From assembly GCA_041659405.1 (NCBI GenBank), contig JBAZYK010000002.1:127974-159973 (forward strand): a DNA stretch of 32,000 bases. The letters run 5' to 3'. Positions 17,588-28,246 of the stretch are shown piece by piece (positions within the stretch are counted from its first letter, which is position 1; every line of letters starts with the position of its first letter). Both the position numbers and the translations under genes were made by a program. Source of the stretch: Candidatus Altimarinota bacterium. Its GTDB lineage: Bacteria > Patescibacteriota > Gracilibacteria > UBA1369. The notes under the pieces are model-generated. The model was not told the DNA's origin and searched no databases. It was given only the letters and a program-made list of their open reading frames with translations.

Positions 17588-17938
17588 CTATCGAAATTCC
17601 CTTTGGATTCTAGCCGAAGTCATCAAGGCATTAAAGACAATCAAACCCTGTTCAAGCATTGAGTCCTTTACTAATTCACTGGACAAATTTTGCCTTAACA
17701 TTTCCACTATTTCGAGCCAAATTTTTTCATATTTCACCCCACTCAAACCAAGCTTTTTACGCAAATCAATCCCCTTGCCATTTTTAATTTCAGCCACAAA
17801 TTCAGCTTGATTAGCTTGGATATAATCCAAGAGCAGTTTCTTTTCAAAAACAAGCCGTTTATCGGCTTTTATATCAAACAAAAGCTCTAAACGATCTTTA
17901 AAAGATTTTTGCTTTAATGTATGTTGTTCAAGCGACAT
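17588..17938 (-). CDS. hypothetical protein (116 aa, predicted helical, no motif recognised)
   Basis: ATG-initiated ORF with balanced composition. It is the only minus-strand gene in the first 26 kb and I recognised no family. Confidence 0.5.
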   Translation of the reverse strand: MSLEQHTLKQKSFKDRLELLFDIKADKRLVFEKKLLLDYIQANQAEFVAEIKNGKGIDLRKKLGLSGVKYEKIWLEIVEMLRQNLSSELVKDSMLEQGLIVFNALMTSARIQREFR

Positions 17939-17981
17939 ATCAAGTTTAAAGGGATCTTCTTTTTACCACATTTAATTGAAC

Positions 17982-18833
17982 ATGTCAAGACCAGCAACAC
18001 GCAAAATGGAAAAACCAACAATTTTCATTTTTTATGGAGTAGAAGGCACCCCGCAAGAAAACTGGTTTCCATGGCTTAAAAAAGAGCTAAAAGGAAGCCG
18101 CTATCAGGTCATTATTCCGCCACTTCCCACTCCACAAAAACAGACCTTAAAAGATTGGCTTAAAGCGTTTGAACCATACAAAAAGCATCTAAACTCGGAA
18201 AGCATTTTTATTGGTCATAGTTTAGGCGTTTTGTTTACCTTGAACCTGATCGAGAAATTCAAAATCAAAGCCGCTTATTTGGTAGCTGGATTTGGAAAAC
18301 TACCTGGAAACAAATTTGATGAAGGAATGAAAACTTTCGCCAAAAAATTTGATTGGAAAAAAATTCGCCAAAATTGTAAAAAGTTCTATGTTTTCGCCGG
18401 AGATAACGATCCTTATGTAAAATTGACGATTTCCAAGGATTTATCAAAAAAGACTCAAACTGATCTGATTCTTGTGCCAAACGGTGGCCACCTTAACCAG
18501 AGCGCCGGTTTTAAAAAATTCCCACTTCTTTTAGAAAAGATACAGAATGTGATAACCCCTTCCTTAAAAGCCAAAAGCCACTCCCCTTTCCAAATTGAAG
18601 AAGTCACTTTTGAAAAAGGCGAAATCATCGAAATCACACCAGACATGATCATTGGCGATGTAGTCTTAGCCTTTCCCGAAACTTTACCTGTTCTGCAAAA
18701 TATTGGAATTCATTGTATAGGTTGCTACGCAGCCACCTTTGAAAGCATTCAAGAAGGTGTAACAAAACACGGCCTGGACCCAAAAAAAGTCTGTAAAGAA
18801 CTCAATAAAGCCATCAGAAATGAACTTCGCTGA
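17982..18833 (+). CDS. RBBP9/YdeN-type alpha/beta serine hydrolase fused to a C-terminal DUF1858 (redox-disulfide CxxC) domain
   Basis: N-terminal IFIFYGVEGTPQENWFPWLKKEL, GHSLG (nucleophile elbow), GDNDPYV and NGGHLN. C-terminal ITPDMIIGDVVLAFPETLPVLQNIGIHCIGCYAATFESIQEGVTKHGLD. The start is uncertain: TTG 17976, ATG 17982 or ATG 18006. Confidence 0.75.
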   Translation: MSRPATRKMEKPTIFIFYGVEGTPQENWFPWLKKELKGSRYQVIIPPLPTPQKQTLKDWLKAFEPYKKHLNSESIFIGHSLGVLFTLNLIEKFKIKAAYLVAGFGKLPGNKFDEGMKTFAKKFDWKKIRQNCKKFYVFAGDNDPYVKLTISKDLSKKTQTDLILVPNGGHLNQSAGFKKFPLLLEKIQNVITPSLKAKSHSPFQIEEVTFEKGEIIEITPDMIIGDVVLAFPETLPVLQNIGIHCIGCYAATFESIQEGVTKHGLDPKKVCKELNKAIRNELR

Positions 18834-20922
18834 AATCCTCTTTCCGCAAAAAATAGGTAACGACAGAGCCACGCTCACGTACCAAATTCCCGATTCCATC
18901 AATGCGCGAATCGGCCAGGTTGTGGAAATTCAACTTCGCAACAAAAAAATGAAAGGCGTTATTTTAAACATGCACAGCCAAACTCCCGAATATAAAACCA
19001 AAGAAATTTTGGGAATTGTCGAGAACGCACCTCATCTGGAACCTTCTCAAATTGAACTTTTACAATGGATAGCCCATTATTATTTTTGCCCTACTTATAA
19101 AGCATTAAAGCTGTTTTTGCCGATTCCGTTCATCAAAAAAAAGAAAATTATTGCGCCCGACTTTACCCAACAGGATGAATTACAAACCCTAAAAAGCCAC
19201 GCCCTTAATGCTGATCAGCTGCAAGTCCTGCAAACAATCGAGCAAAGTCAAAAAAAAGTTGCTTTGCTCCATGGAATTACCGGCTCCGGCAAAACCGAAA
19301 TATATCTTCACATAGCTGATAAACAGGTCCACGAAGGCAAGCAGGTTTTAATGCTGATTCCCGAAATTTCTTTAACCGCTCAAACCGTTCAGCGTTTTAA
19401 ACAGCATTTTCACCACAAAGTTGCGGTTATCCATAGCCAATTAACAGCCAAGGAAAAGGAAAAAGCCTGGCAAAGTATTCACAAAGAAGAAGCCAAAATC
19501 GTCATTGGATCACGCTCCGCGCTGTTCGCTCCCTTCAAAAATCTTGGTTTTATTATTTTGGACGAAGAGCACGATAGCAGCTACAAACAGGATCAATCGC
19601 CACATTACAACACTTTGGACGTAGCAATTAAAATGGCCGAAATTTTGAATATAAAAGTTCTAGCCGGTTCCGCTACGCCTTCACTGGAAACTTATTATCA
19701 GGCCAAACAGGGCAATTACGAGCTTGTGGAACTCAACGAACGCGCGACCAAAGAATTCGGCAGCACTTTACCAAAAACCACCATAGTTGATCTTCGTGAA
19801 GAAATTAAAAAGAAAAATTTTTCGATTTTCAGCGAAGCACTTCAAGCAAAATTAACCGACAAACTTCAAACACACGAACAGGCGATTCTTTTTTTGAACC
19901 GTCGTGGAGCCGCTTCCGCCGTACTCTGCCGCACTTGCGGATATATTGTGAAATGCGACAAATGTGACACCTCCATGACCTATCATCAAAGAATCTCGAT
20001 TGAAGGCGGAATTTATCAGGTAGATCGACTGATTTGCCATCACTGCGGCAAAATCGGTCAAGTTCCCAAAATCTGTCCAAAATGTGAAAGTGCTTACATC
20101 CGCTACCTGGGTTTGGGTACCCAAAGGGTGGAAGATGAAATGAACAAGCTTTTTCCGGTTGCCAAAGTAATCCGTGCCGATAGCGACACCACAACGCAAA
20201 GAGATAGCTTTAAAAACATTTACACAGCTTTCAAAAACCACGAAGCGGATATTTTAGTTGGAACGCAAATGATTTCCCTTGGCTTACATTTACCAAAAGT
20301 TAACCTGGTTGGAATAATTCTGGCTGATTTAAGCCTTACCATCCCAAATTTCCGTAGCGCCGAAAAAACTTTTCAACTTTTAACCCAGGTTTCCGGGCGA
20401 GCCGGTCGCGAATCCAACAATGGCGAAGTGGTTATTCAGACTTATTTGCCTAATAACTATGTAATTAAGAAAGCCGCCGCACACGATTATCTTGGATTTT
20501 ATGACCTGGAAATTGCTCTTCGTAATGAGCTTAAATATCCGCCATTCACTAAACTTATCAAATTAACGATTGCCGAAACAGATATCAAAAAAGCCAAAAA
20601 CAAAGCTGAAGAAATTTACCAAAAACTCCTCGCCCTTAACTCACACGACCCCAGTTCAGACACCCCGGCAAGTGTTGAAAAAAGCAGCGACATCTCGATT
20701 TATCCAGCACTGATACCAAGATTCCGCAATAAGTATCGTTGGCACATTTTAATCAACGGAGAAAATCCCCGAGAACTTCTAAAAAAATATTTACAGCAAA
20801 AAACAACGGCCCAGAGCACCCCAACCTTTGCACCCAAAACCATAAAATCCTCACCCTTCGCCAAAAAATTCACCGCAGAAAACCCACTAAAAATAGATGT
20901 AGATCCACTTTCTACCGTTTAA
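18820..20922 (+). CDS. priA: primosomal protein N' (replication restart helicase PriA)
   Basis: Walker A LHGITGSGKTEIYL, DEEHD, and the Cys-rich zinc-binding insert CRTCGYIVKCDKCDTSMTYH...CHHCG...CPKCES. The conserved C-terminus is RWHILI...IDVDP. It overlaps the upstream gene by 14 nt. Confidence 0.9.
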   Translation: MNFAEILFPQKIGNDRATLTYQIPDSINARIGQVVEIQLRNKKMKGVILNMHSQTPEYKTKEILGIVENAPHLEPSQIELLQWIAHYYFCPTYKALKLFLPIPFIKKKKIIAPDFTQQDELQTLKSHALNADQLQVLQTIEQSQKKVALLHGITGSGKTEIYLHIADKQVHEGKQVLMLIPEISLTAQTVQRFKQHFHHKVAVIHSQLTAKEKEKAWQSIHKEEAKIVIGSRSALFAPFKNLGFIILDEEHDSSYKQDQSPHYNTLDVAIKMAEILNIKVLAGSATPSLETYYQAKQGNYELVELNERATKEFGSTLPKTTIVDLREEIKKKNFSIFSEALQAKLTDKLQTHEQAILFLNRRGAASAVLCRTCGYIVKCDKCDTSMTYHQRISIEGGIYQVDRLICHHCGKIGQVPKICPKCESAYIRYLGLGTQRVEDEMNKLFPVAKVIRADSDTTTQRDSFKNIYTAFKNHEADILVGTQMISLGLHLPKVNLVGIILADLSLTIPNFRSAEKTFQLLTQVSGRAGRESNNGEVVIQTYLPNNYVIKKAAAHDYLGFYDLEIALRNELKYPPFTKLIKLTIAETDIKKAKNKAEEIYQKLLALNSHDPSSDTPASVEKSSDISIYPALIPRFRNKYRWHILINGENPRELLKKYLQQKTTAQSTPTFAPKTIKSSPFAKKFTAENPLKIDVDPLSTV

Positions 20923-20942
20923 CTTAAAGAAATAAAAAAATC

Positions 20943-20951
20943 TGCTATACT
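20943..20951 (+). promoter_or_regulatory. candidate extended -10 element (TGcTATACT) upstream of trpS
   Basis: tgctatact lies 60 nt upstream of the ATG at 21011 in the priA-trpS spacer. Confidence 0.3.
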
Positions 20952-21010
20952 GGGCAAGAAATTGAAGTTTCCATACTTATTTGATTCAAAATTTCAATAA
21001 AAGCAAAACT

Positions 21011-21994
21011 ATGAAGAAACGCATTCTTTCCGGGGTTCAAGCAAGCGGAACTCCTCATCTTGGCAATTATTTGGGAGCCATGAAAAACCACATTGCCATG
21101 CAGAATTCGCATGAATGTTTTATTTTTATTGCTGATTTGCACGCGCTCACAACGGTTAGAGATCCCAAAAAACTTCATGAATCAACCATTAATTTGGCCC
21201 TGGATTACCTTGCACTTGGACTTGACCCCGAAAAAACAACTTTTTTCCGCCAAAGTGATGTTCATGAACACACCGAACTTGCCTGGATTTTTAATTGTAT
21301 TACTCACATGGGTTTGATGGAACGCGCGCACGCTTATAAAGATGCCGTAGCCAAGGGCTTAAAAGATGCAACGGTCGGACTTTTCACCTACCCGATTTTA
21401 ATGGCTGCCGATATTTTGATGTATAAACCTGATCTTGTTCCGGTCGGAAAAGATCAAAAGCAGCACATTGAAATTGCCCAAGATATCGCCGAGAAATTTG
21501 ACCACCATTTTGGCGCTACTTTTAAGCGCCCGGAACCATATATTCCCGAAGATGTAGCCACAATTATCGGTACCGACGGCGAACACAAAATGAGCAAAAG
21601 CTACGGAAACGTAATTGAATTTTTTGCAGACGAAGCAACACTCAAAAAGCAGGTTATGGGCATAAAGACCGATTCAACAGCGTTGGAAGAGCCAAAAGAT
21701 CCAAACAAAGATACGGTTTTTAAACTATATTCTCACTTTGCTACAAAAACAGAAATCGAGGCTCTTGAACAGAAGTATCGTAAAGGCGGTTTTGGTTATG
21801 GTGATGCCAAAAAACTTCTCAATGAAAAAATACTCGAATATTTCGCTCCATATCGCAAAAAAAGAATTGAACTTGCCACTGATTTAGGATATGTTTATAG
21901 CGTTTTGAACAAAGGGGCGAAAAAAGCAAAAAAAGTCGCTGCCGCAACAATGTCCGAAGTGCGAAAAAAAATCGGACTCGAACTTGAAAATTAA
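21011..21994 (+). CDS. trpS: tryptophan--tRNA ligase
   Basis: The class I signatures are SGVQASGTPHLGNYLG (HIGH-type) and KMSKS, with GKDQKQHIE between them. I prefer the ATG at 21011 to the TTG at 20981. Confidence 0.95.
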   Translation: MKKRILSGVQASGTPHLGNYLGAMKNHIAMQNSHECFIFIADLHALTTVRDPKKLHESTINLALDYLALGLDPEKTTFFRQSDVHEHTELAWIFNCITHMGLMERAHAYKDAVAKGLKDATVGLFTYPILMAADILMYKPDLVPVGKDQKQHIEIAQDIAEKFDHHFGATFKRPEPYIPEDVATIIGTDGEHKMSKSYGNVIEFFADEATLKKQVMGIKTDSTALEEPKDPNKDTVFKLYSHFATKTEIEALEQKYRKGGFGYGDAKKLLNEKILEYFAPYRKKRIELATDLGYVYSVLNKGAKKAKKVAAATMSEVRKKIGLELEN

Positions 21995-23635
<1,641 letters not shown>

Positions 23636-23650
23636 CAAAACACCATTTCA

Positions 23651-25036
23651 ATGCAAAAGTACCGTTATACCGTTATAAATCCAGAGAATAAAGAACTTAC
23701 GGGAACCATTGGTGCTCCCGACGAAAAAAGTGCCCGCGCGGAATTAAATCAATTGGGGTTTTCAATCATTTCCATAATTGCCATAGCCGAAAACGAAGAA
23801 GCCACAGCCACTTCCGATTTACCGAAATTCGAATTTTCCGCAACCGACAAAAACCTAAAAAAGGTCAACGGCACAATTCAGGCCGAAGACCGTTACGCGG
23901 CATACAAGCGATTGGTTAAAGAATATCTTTTGGAGGTTGAATATGTGATTGACCTTAATTTAACCGAAGAAGAAAAAGTAAAAGAACGTCAAAAAGGCGC
24001 ATTTGAGCTTCAAAACAAACTGGACGGAGAAGCCCTGGAAGAAAAAAAGAAAGCAGAAAAAGAAAATTTTGATTTTAAAGATTTCTCTGCGAAACAACAA
24101 ATACTACAGACCCAGGTCGATTTTGTTCTGGCAAAAGTTAAAGAACTTTTGGACCTGTACCAAAACGATTTAAAGCCGGACACTAAAGAAAAAATCCGTA
24201 AAAATGTCGATAAAATCCTCCGCATCAAAAACAGTACAAACCTCGATTATATCCGCAAATCATGTGAAGAATTACTCGATTTTTTGCAACAGGAAGAAAT
24301 ATTCCTTCACGAAGAACTAAAGAAAAAAGAAAAACTGGAAATTGCCATGGAAGTAAAAACCATGATGCTGCAACTGCACCAAAAAGGTAATCCAAACCGG
24401 AAAAAAACATTGGAAAGCCTACGTGAATGGCGAGCTGATCACATAACCAATAATGAACAACAAACGTTCCAGGATCATTTTATAAATTTCTGGATCGGTT
24501 TTTTGATCGGTTTTAATGAAGAAACCCCGGAAATGAAGGAGATTCGCGATAATTTGGCCAAAGTTCATGAACAAATAAAAGAAAATATCAGTATCTATTT
24601 TCAGGCAAAAGAAGAAGATCTAAAAGGACAAACCAGAGAAAATATTAAAACCTTTTGGCACATGCGCAAACAGTTAATGCGCAAACTAAAAGATCTAAAA
24701 AAACTGCAAAAGAAAGCTAAAAAACAACATGTTGGCAAAACCGGCCTGGAAAAACTTTCAGACGAAATCCTTTCTTTTAGTGGCTGGCTGTTAGCATTTT
24801 ATTTACTGTACTATTTCATTTCACTTTACCTTGGCAAAAAAGATTTTGGCATTGTTTTGCCCGGCCCAATTAACATCTACCACTCAATTTTCTTAAAATA
24901 TTTTTTGAGTATCCTCTTCCTGTTTCATGCCTCATTAAGCACCAAAATCAACTTTTTCAGAAGAAACGAAATTGCCACATTGGTGATTGTTCCTGCATTT
25001 CTGTTTGGATCTTTACTCATCATCTTGAATTTCTAA
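23651..25036 (+). CDS. hypothetical membrane protein with two N-terminal PilC/GspF-N-terminus-like repeats, a long Lys/Glu-rich coiled-coil region and C-terminal TM helices
   Basis: The repeats are KYRYTVINPENKELTGTIGAPDEKSARAELNQLGFSIISI and FEFSATDKNLKKVNGTIQAEDRYAAYKRLVKEY. The last ~95 aa are hydrophobic (WLLAFYLLYYFISLY..., LVIVPAFLFGSLLIIL). Confidence 0.65.
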   Translation: MQKYRYTVINPENKELTGTIGAPDEKSARAELNQLGFSIISIIAIAENEEATATSDLPKFEFSATDKNLKKVNGTIQAEDRYAAYKRLVKEYLLEVEYVIDLNLTEEEKVKERQKGAFELQNKLDGEALEEKKKAEKENFDFKDFSAKQQILQTQVDFVLAKVKELLDLYQNDLKPDTKEKIRKNVDKILRIKNSTNLDYIRKSCEELLDFLQQEEIFLHEELKKKEKLEIAMEVKTMMLQLHQKGNPNRKKTLESLREWRADHITNNEQQTFQDHFINFWIGFLIGFNEETPEMKEIRDNLAKVHEQIKENISIYFQAKEEDLKGQTRENIKTFWHMRKQLMRKLKDLKKLQKKAKKQHVGKTGLEKLSDEILSFSGWLLAFYLLYYFISLYLGKKDFGIVLPGPINIYHSIFLKYFLSILFLFHASLSTKINFFRRNEIATLVIVPAFLFGSLLIILNF

Positions 25037-25037
25037 T

Positions 25038-25799
25038 ATGTTTCCCATTTTATTGCAATTCGGTTCCATTACCATCTATGCCCTTTGGATTTTTATAGCG
25101 TTGGGCTTTTTCGCGACCCTGCTTGTACTTCACAGACTCATTCAAAAAGACCGCTCCAAACTGACTTTTATAGCAAACCATAGCCTGGCGATCTTCTTTG
25201 CCGGATTAATCGTTTCCAGACTTGCCTTTGTAATCAGAAACATTGATTATTTTTCTAAACATCTATCCGAAATATTTTTCATCTGGGATAAAGGACTATC
25301 CATCTGGGGTGCCCTTATTGGCATTACATTGGCCCTTATCTATTTTTGCCGCAAAAACCATGAAAACACACTACGTTGGTTGGATATCCTTATAATCAGC
25401 ATTTTAGCCGGTTTTGTGTGGGGAAACATCGGCGCTTTCCTGGACGGTAGAAACTATGGCAAAGAAACCAACCTGCCTTGGGGCGTTATTATAGAAAGCT
25501 CACGTTATGCCGTACCGATTCATCCAACTCAGATTTACGCAGCTATATACTGCCTTTTACTCACCATCATCCTTTATCAGCTTTATTTCCATGAAATTGG
25601 CAAAAAAGCAGGTCGTATTGCCTATCTTGGAGTCATTGCCTACACCACACTACGATTTATAGACGAATTTCTGCGCGGAGATGAAAGTAACTACTTTTTA
25701 GGACTGCGTGAAGCCCAAATCTACTGTTTACTTGCCATAATAGCGACTGGAGTAGTATGGTACGTCCGGCACAAAAAAAAGCCCATTATTAATTATTAA
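25038..25799 (+). CDS. lgt: prolipoprotein diacylglyceryl transferase
   Basis: Polytopic membrane protein with SIWGALIG, FLDGRNYGKETNLPWGV, HPTQIY and RFIDEFLRGD. Confidence 0.9.
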   Translation: MFPILLQFGSITIYALWIFIALGFFATLLVLHRLIQKDRSKLTFIANHSLAIFFAGLIVSRLAFVIRNIDYFSKHLSEIFFIWDKGLSIWGALIGITLALIYFCRKNHENTLRWLDILIISILAGFVWGNIGAFLDGRNYGKETNLPWGVIIESSRYAVPIHPTQIYAAIYCLLLTIILYQLYFHEIGKKAGRIAYLGVIAYTTLRFIDEFLRGDESNYFLGLREAQIYCLLAIIATGVVWYVRHKKKPIINY

Positions 25800-25811
25800 T
25801 TACTAACTATT

Positions 25812-26210
25812 ATGTACATCCTGGAATACTTTTTCACTCCAATGCCATCCCTACAGTTTCCATATTTAAAATTGTTAATTGCAATTGCAATTCTATTATT
25901 GGCAGCCTCAATTGCTTTAAGAATCGTAATCAAAAAAATGAAAGAAGATAAAGTCTTCAAAAAAACCTTCCGTGCTCTTCCGGGAAAACTGCAAACCCTA
26001 AGTATTTTTGAGTTTCTTTATATCATTTGTCGATATTTACAGTTACCTTTCCTTTCCGCCCGCATCCTCAACTACTTAATTTTAGGCATAGCCACTTTTT
26101 TAATCATCAAGAATCTGATTGTTTACTTCAAGAAATATCCCGAGACGAAAAAAGAGTATGAAAAACAAAAGCAACTCAATAAGTATATTCCAAGAAAAAA
26201 GCACTCATAA
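25812..26210 (+). CDS. hypothetical small membrane protein (132 aa, about 3 TM helices, basic C-terminus)
   Basis: ATG ORF with hydrophobic segments LLIAIAILLLAASIAL and LILGIATFLIIKNLIV. I recognised no family. Confidence 0.55.
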   Translation: MYILEYFFTPMPSLQFPYLKLLIAIAILLLAASIALRIVIKKMKEDKVFKKTFRALPGKLQTLSIFEFLYIICRYLQLPFLSARILNYLILGIATFLIIKNLIVYFKKYPETKKEYEKQKQLNKYIPRKKHS

Positions 26211-26232
26211 GCCAAAATTTAAATAGACAAGC

Positions 26233-27627
26233 TTACAAAAGGGCTGAAGAAACCTCCGGATTAAGATTCAACACGTTCAATTTTTTGTCGTTCAAAAAAT
26301 AAACGCTATCTCTATTTATATAAAGATGGCTGGAAGTCTTGTCGAATAAAAGCGGATAAACATTTGTATAGGTCAAATCCGCCAATTGCAGCTTTTGTTG
26401 ATCGTCGGTGAAAATAAAATGACCATCACCCCTAAACCAGTTCCGAAGGGTAATATCTTTATCAAAACGATTAACCAAGATATTTTTTCTAAGCGAAGCA
26501 TCAAAGTAAAAAAGATCGTTTAGCCCCGCTAAATACAAAATATCTCCATTATTATTCAAAAAATAATCTTTAATTAAAGATGAAGTTACCGGATAATAAA
26601 TCCCATCAACGGAAATCGCATAAAGCTGCCTTTGATCTTTGCTGCGTAAAACAAGATAACCATAATCTTTCCCCTGCTGATAAGAAAGATTAACATACAC
26701 CGGCTGTACGTACGGCACTTTGCTAACGGTATAAACAGGCACCTCGTGCATGATTGGATCGACAGCCTGTACATTTTCACCAACAAACCCCGCACTAAAA
26801 AGTCGCCCTTTGGTTATATACATCAACCCTTTTGGCATAAGCACAAATTGATCGACAAGTTCCAAAATTTGGTAAACCTCACTATCTTTTAATGTCGTAA
26901 ATTTCCCCACCTTTTCAAAAGGAATACCATACAAAGCCGAATCAAGCATAAAATAAGCCATCCTTCGACCATAATCCATGGTCAAACGCCCATAATTATC
27001 CGGTAAAGCAAAAGTAAAAGTCTCTCCGGAATCAGTATCAAAGCTTTTAATCGTATGATTATCAAAGAAAATCAACAATTGAGTGGGACTAAAAAACTTC
27101 ACCTCCACAATTTTACCCACTCCTAAAGTAATATCATCCTGACGAGAAGTTCCATCTGCCAAAAAACTGGTTACACTGGCAAAATTATTGGCACGCACAG
27201 CAACTATTCCATGATCACCTTCAAAAAATTGCGTCTCGGAAGCAAAACTATTTACCACTTTTATGGCTGAACCAATATCTTCAGGCACCAATAAAAGATC
27301 ATCAACTCTTGTTACAAAATCATTGCGAACAATAAGCGACCTTTTCCAGGGCAAATAATGTAGTTTATCGACAGAAAGATTGTAAATACCGGGCAACACC
27401 CCCTTTATTTGATAAGGAATTTCGTTAGCCTGCAATTGATTATTCAAAGACAAACGAATATTTTTATAAACCGCAGTTATATCAATAATGCTCGTTTTTT
27501 TAATATTCTTGAACGTCAGATCCGACTGATATCCATACGCAAAAAAAAGAGCCACAAAACTAACGGCCATAAAGGCCAGAATACTCATCAATTTCAGGAA
27601 AAAAGATCCTAAACGTTTTGCAGTCAT
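26233..27627 (-). CDS. hypothetical membrane-anchored protein with a PEGA-like domain and a beta-rich C-terminal region
   Basis: N-terminal TM helix (LMSILAFMAVSFVALFFAY), then LPGIYNLSVDKLHYLPWKRSLIVRNDFVTRVDDLLLVP, which resembles a PEGA domain. It starts 6 nt after the greA stop and is probably co-transcribed. Confidence 0.65.
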   Translation of the reverse strand: MTAKRLGSFFLKLMSILAFMAVSFVALFFAYGYQSDLTFKNIKKTSIIDITAVYKNIRLSLNNQLQANEIPYQIKGVLPGIYNLSVDKLHYLPWKRSLIVRNDFVTRVDDLLLVPEDIGSAIKVVNSFASETQFFEGDHGIVAVRANNFASVTSFLADGTSRQDDITLGVGKIVEVKFFSPTQLLIFFDNHTIKSFDTDSGETFTFALPDNYGRLTMDYGRRMAYFMLDSALYGIPFEKVGKFTTLKDSEVYQILELVDQFVLMPKGLMYITKGRLFSAGFVGENVQAVDPIMHEVPVYTVSKVPYVQPVYVNLSYQQGKDYGYLVLRSKDQRQLYAISVDGIYYPVTSSLIKDYFLNNNGDILYLAGLNDLFYFDASLRKNILVNRFDKDITLRNWFRGDGHFIFTDDQQKLQLADLTYTNVYPLLFDKTSSHLYINRDSVYFLNDKKLNVLNLNPEVSSALL

Positions 27628-27633
27628 GTTTGA

Positions 27634-28140
27634 TTATACAAGCTTGATGACTTCATATTCCACAAACCCGGCTGGAACCTGAACTTTTACCTTATCCCCA
27701 ACTTTTTTATCCAAAAGGGCTTGCCCAACCGGAGACTCATTGGAGATTTTATGATTAAAAGGATCAGCTTCTGTTGAACCAACAATCGTATATTCTTCAT
27801 TTGGTCCTTTTTTGCTCAAATTCTTAAGAACTACCGAAGTTCCAAGTTGAATTGTAGCCAACAATTTATGTTTTTCTTCAATAATCTTTGCGTATTTAAC
27901 CTTTTCTTCAAGTTCAATGATGCGACCTTCAACAAAGGCCTGTTCATTTTTAGCCTCTTCATACTCGGAGTTTTCAGAAAGATCACCATAAGAAATCGCT
28001 TCTTTAATACGACCGGCAACCTCTTTGCGCTTGGTGTTAGTTAAATAATCAAGTTCTTCCTTTAATTTTTTTAAACCCTCTTTGGTCACCATAATCATTT
28101 TGCTCTCATCCTGAGCTTGAGTTGTAACGATATCTGCCAT
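27634..28140 (-). CDS. greA: transcription elongation factor GreA
   Basis: VTKEGLKKLKEELDYL, GDLSENSEYEEAKNEQAFVEGRIIELE, and a C-terminal globular domain with SNESPVGQALLDKKVGD. Confidence 0.9.
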   Translation of the reverse strand: MADIVTTQAQDESKMIMVTKEGLKKLKEELDYLTNTKRKEVAGRIKEAISYGDLSENSEYEEAKNEQAFVEGRIIELEEKVKYAKIIEEKHKLLATIQLGTSVVLKNLSKKGPNEEYTIVGSTEADPFNHKISNESPVGQALLDKKVGDKVKVQVPAGFVEYEVIKLV

Positions 28141-28168
28141 AGTTTTTCGATTAGTAATTAATAATGAG

Positions 28169-28246
28169 GTTCAGTTTGTGAAATATTGTCTTCGCACACA
28201 GGGCCCCTACCCCGGATGTGCTCAGCCAACATTTCGCAAGCTGAAC
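28169..28246 (-). other. long imperfect hairpin with a GC-rich tip in the rpoD-greA spacer (candidate greA leader, processing or attenuator element)
   Basis: Outer arms gttcag (28169..28174) / ctgaac (28241..28246), middle arms 28175..28188 / 28227..28240, inner stem gcaca (28194..28198) / tgtgc (28217..28221). No U-run follows on the transcribed strand. Confidence 0.4.

Noticed and set aside
17477-17662. 61-aa +strand ORF overlapping the tRNA 3' end and the GC-rich island
   Set aside because: It starts inside the tRNA gene and runs through hairpin-forming GC-rich DNA. Its composition is arbitrary, so it is best explained as a chance ORF in locally stop-poor sequence.
17411-17975. Integrated mobile element using tRNA-Arg as its attachment site
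   Set aside because: No integrase is present, and I found no direct repeat of the tRNA 3' half downstream. The putative cargo would be a single 116-aa ORF. The hairpin island is reported only as an unexplained structure.
19829-20241. Two overlapping antisense ORFs (121 and 129 aa) inside the priA zinc-finger region
   Set aside because: They are shadow frames of a conserved gene, with no start context or recognisable domains.
26211-26232. dif (XerCD) recombination site at the convergence point
   Set aside because: The 22-nt spacer (gccaaaatttaaatagacaagc) has no convincing dyad resembling known dif consensus sequences.
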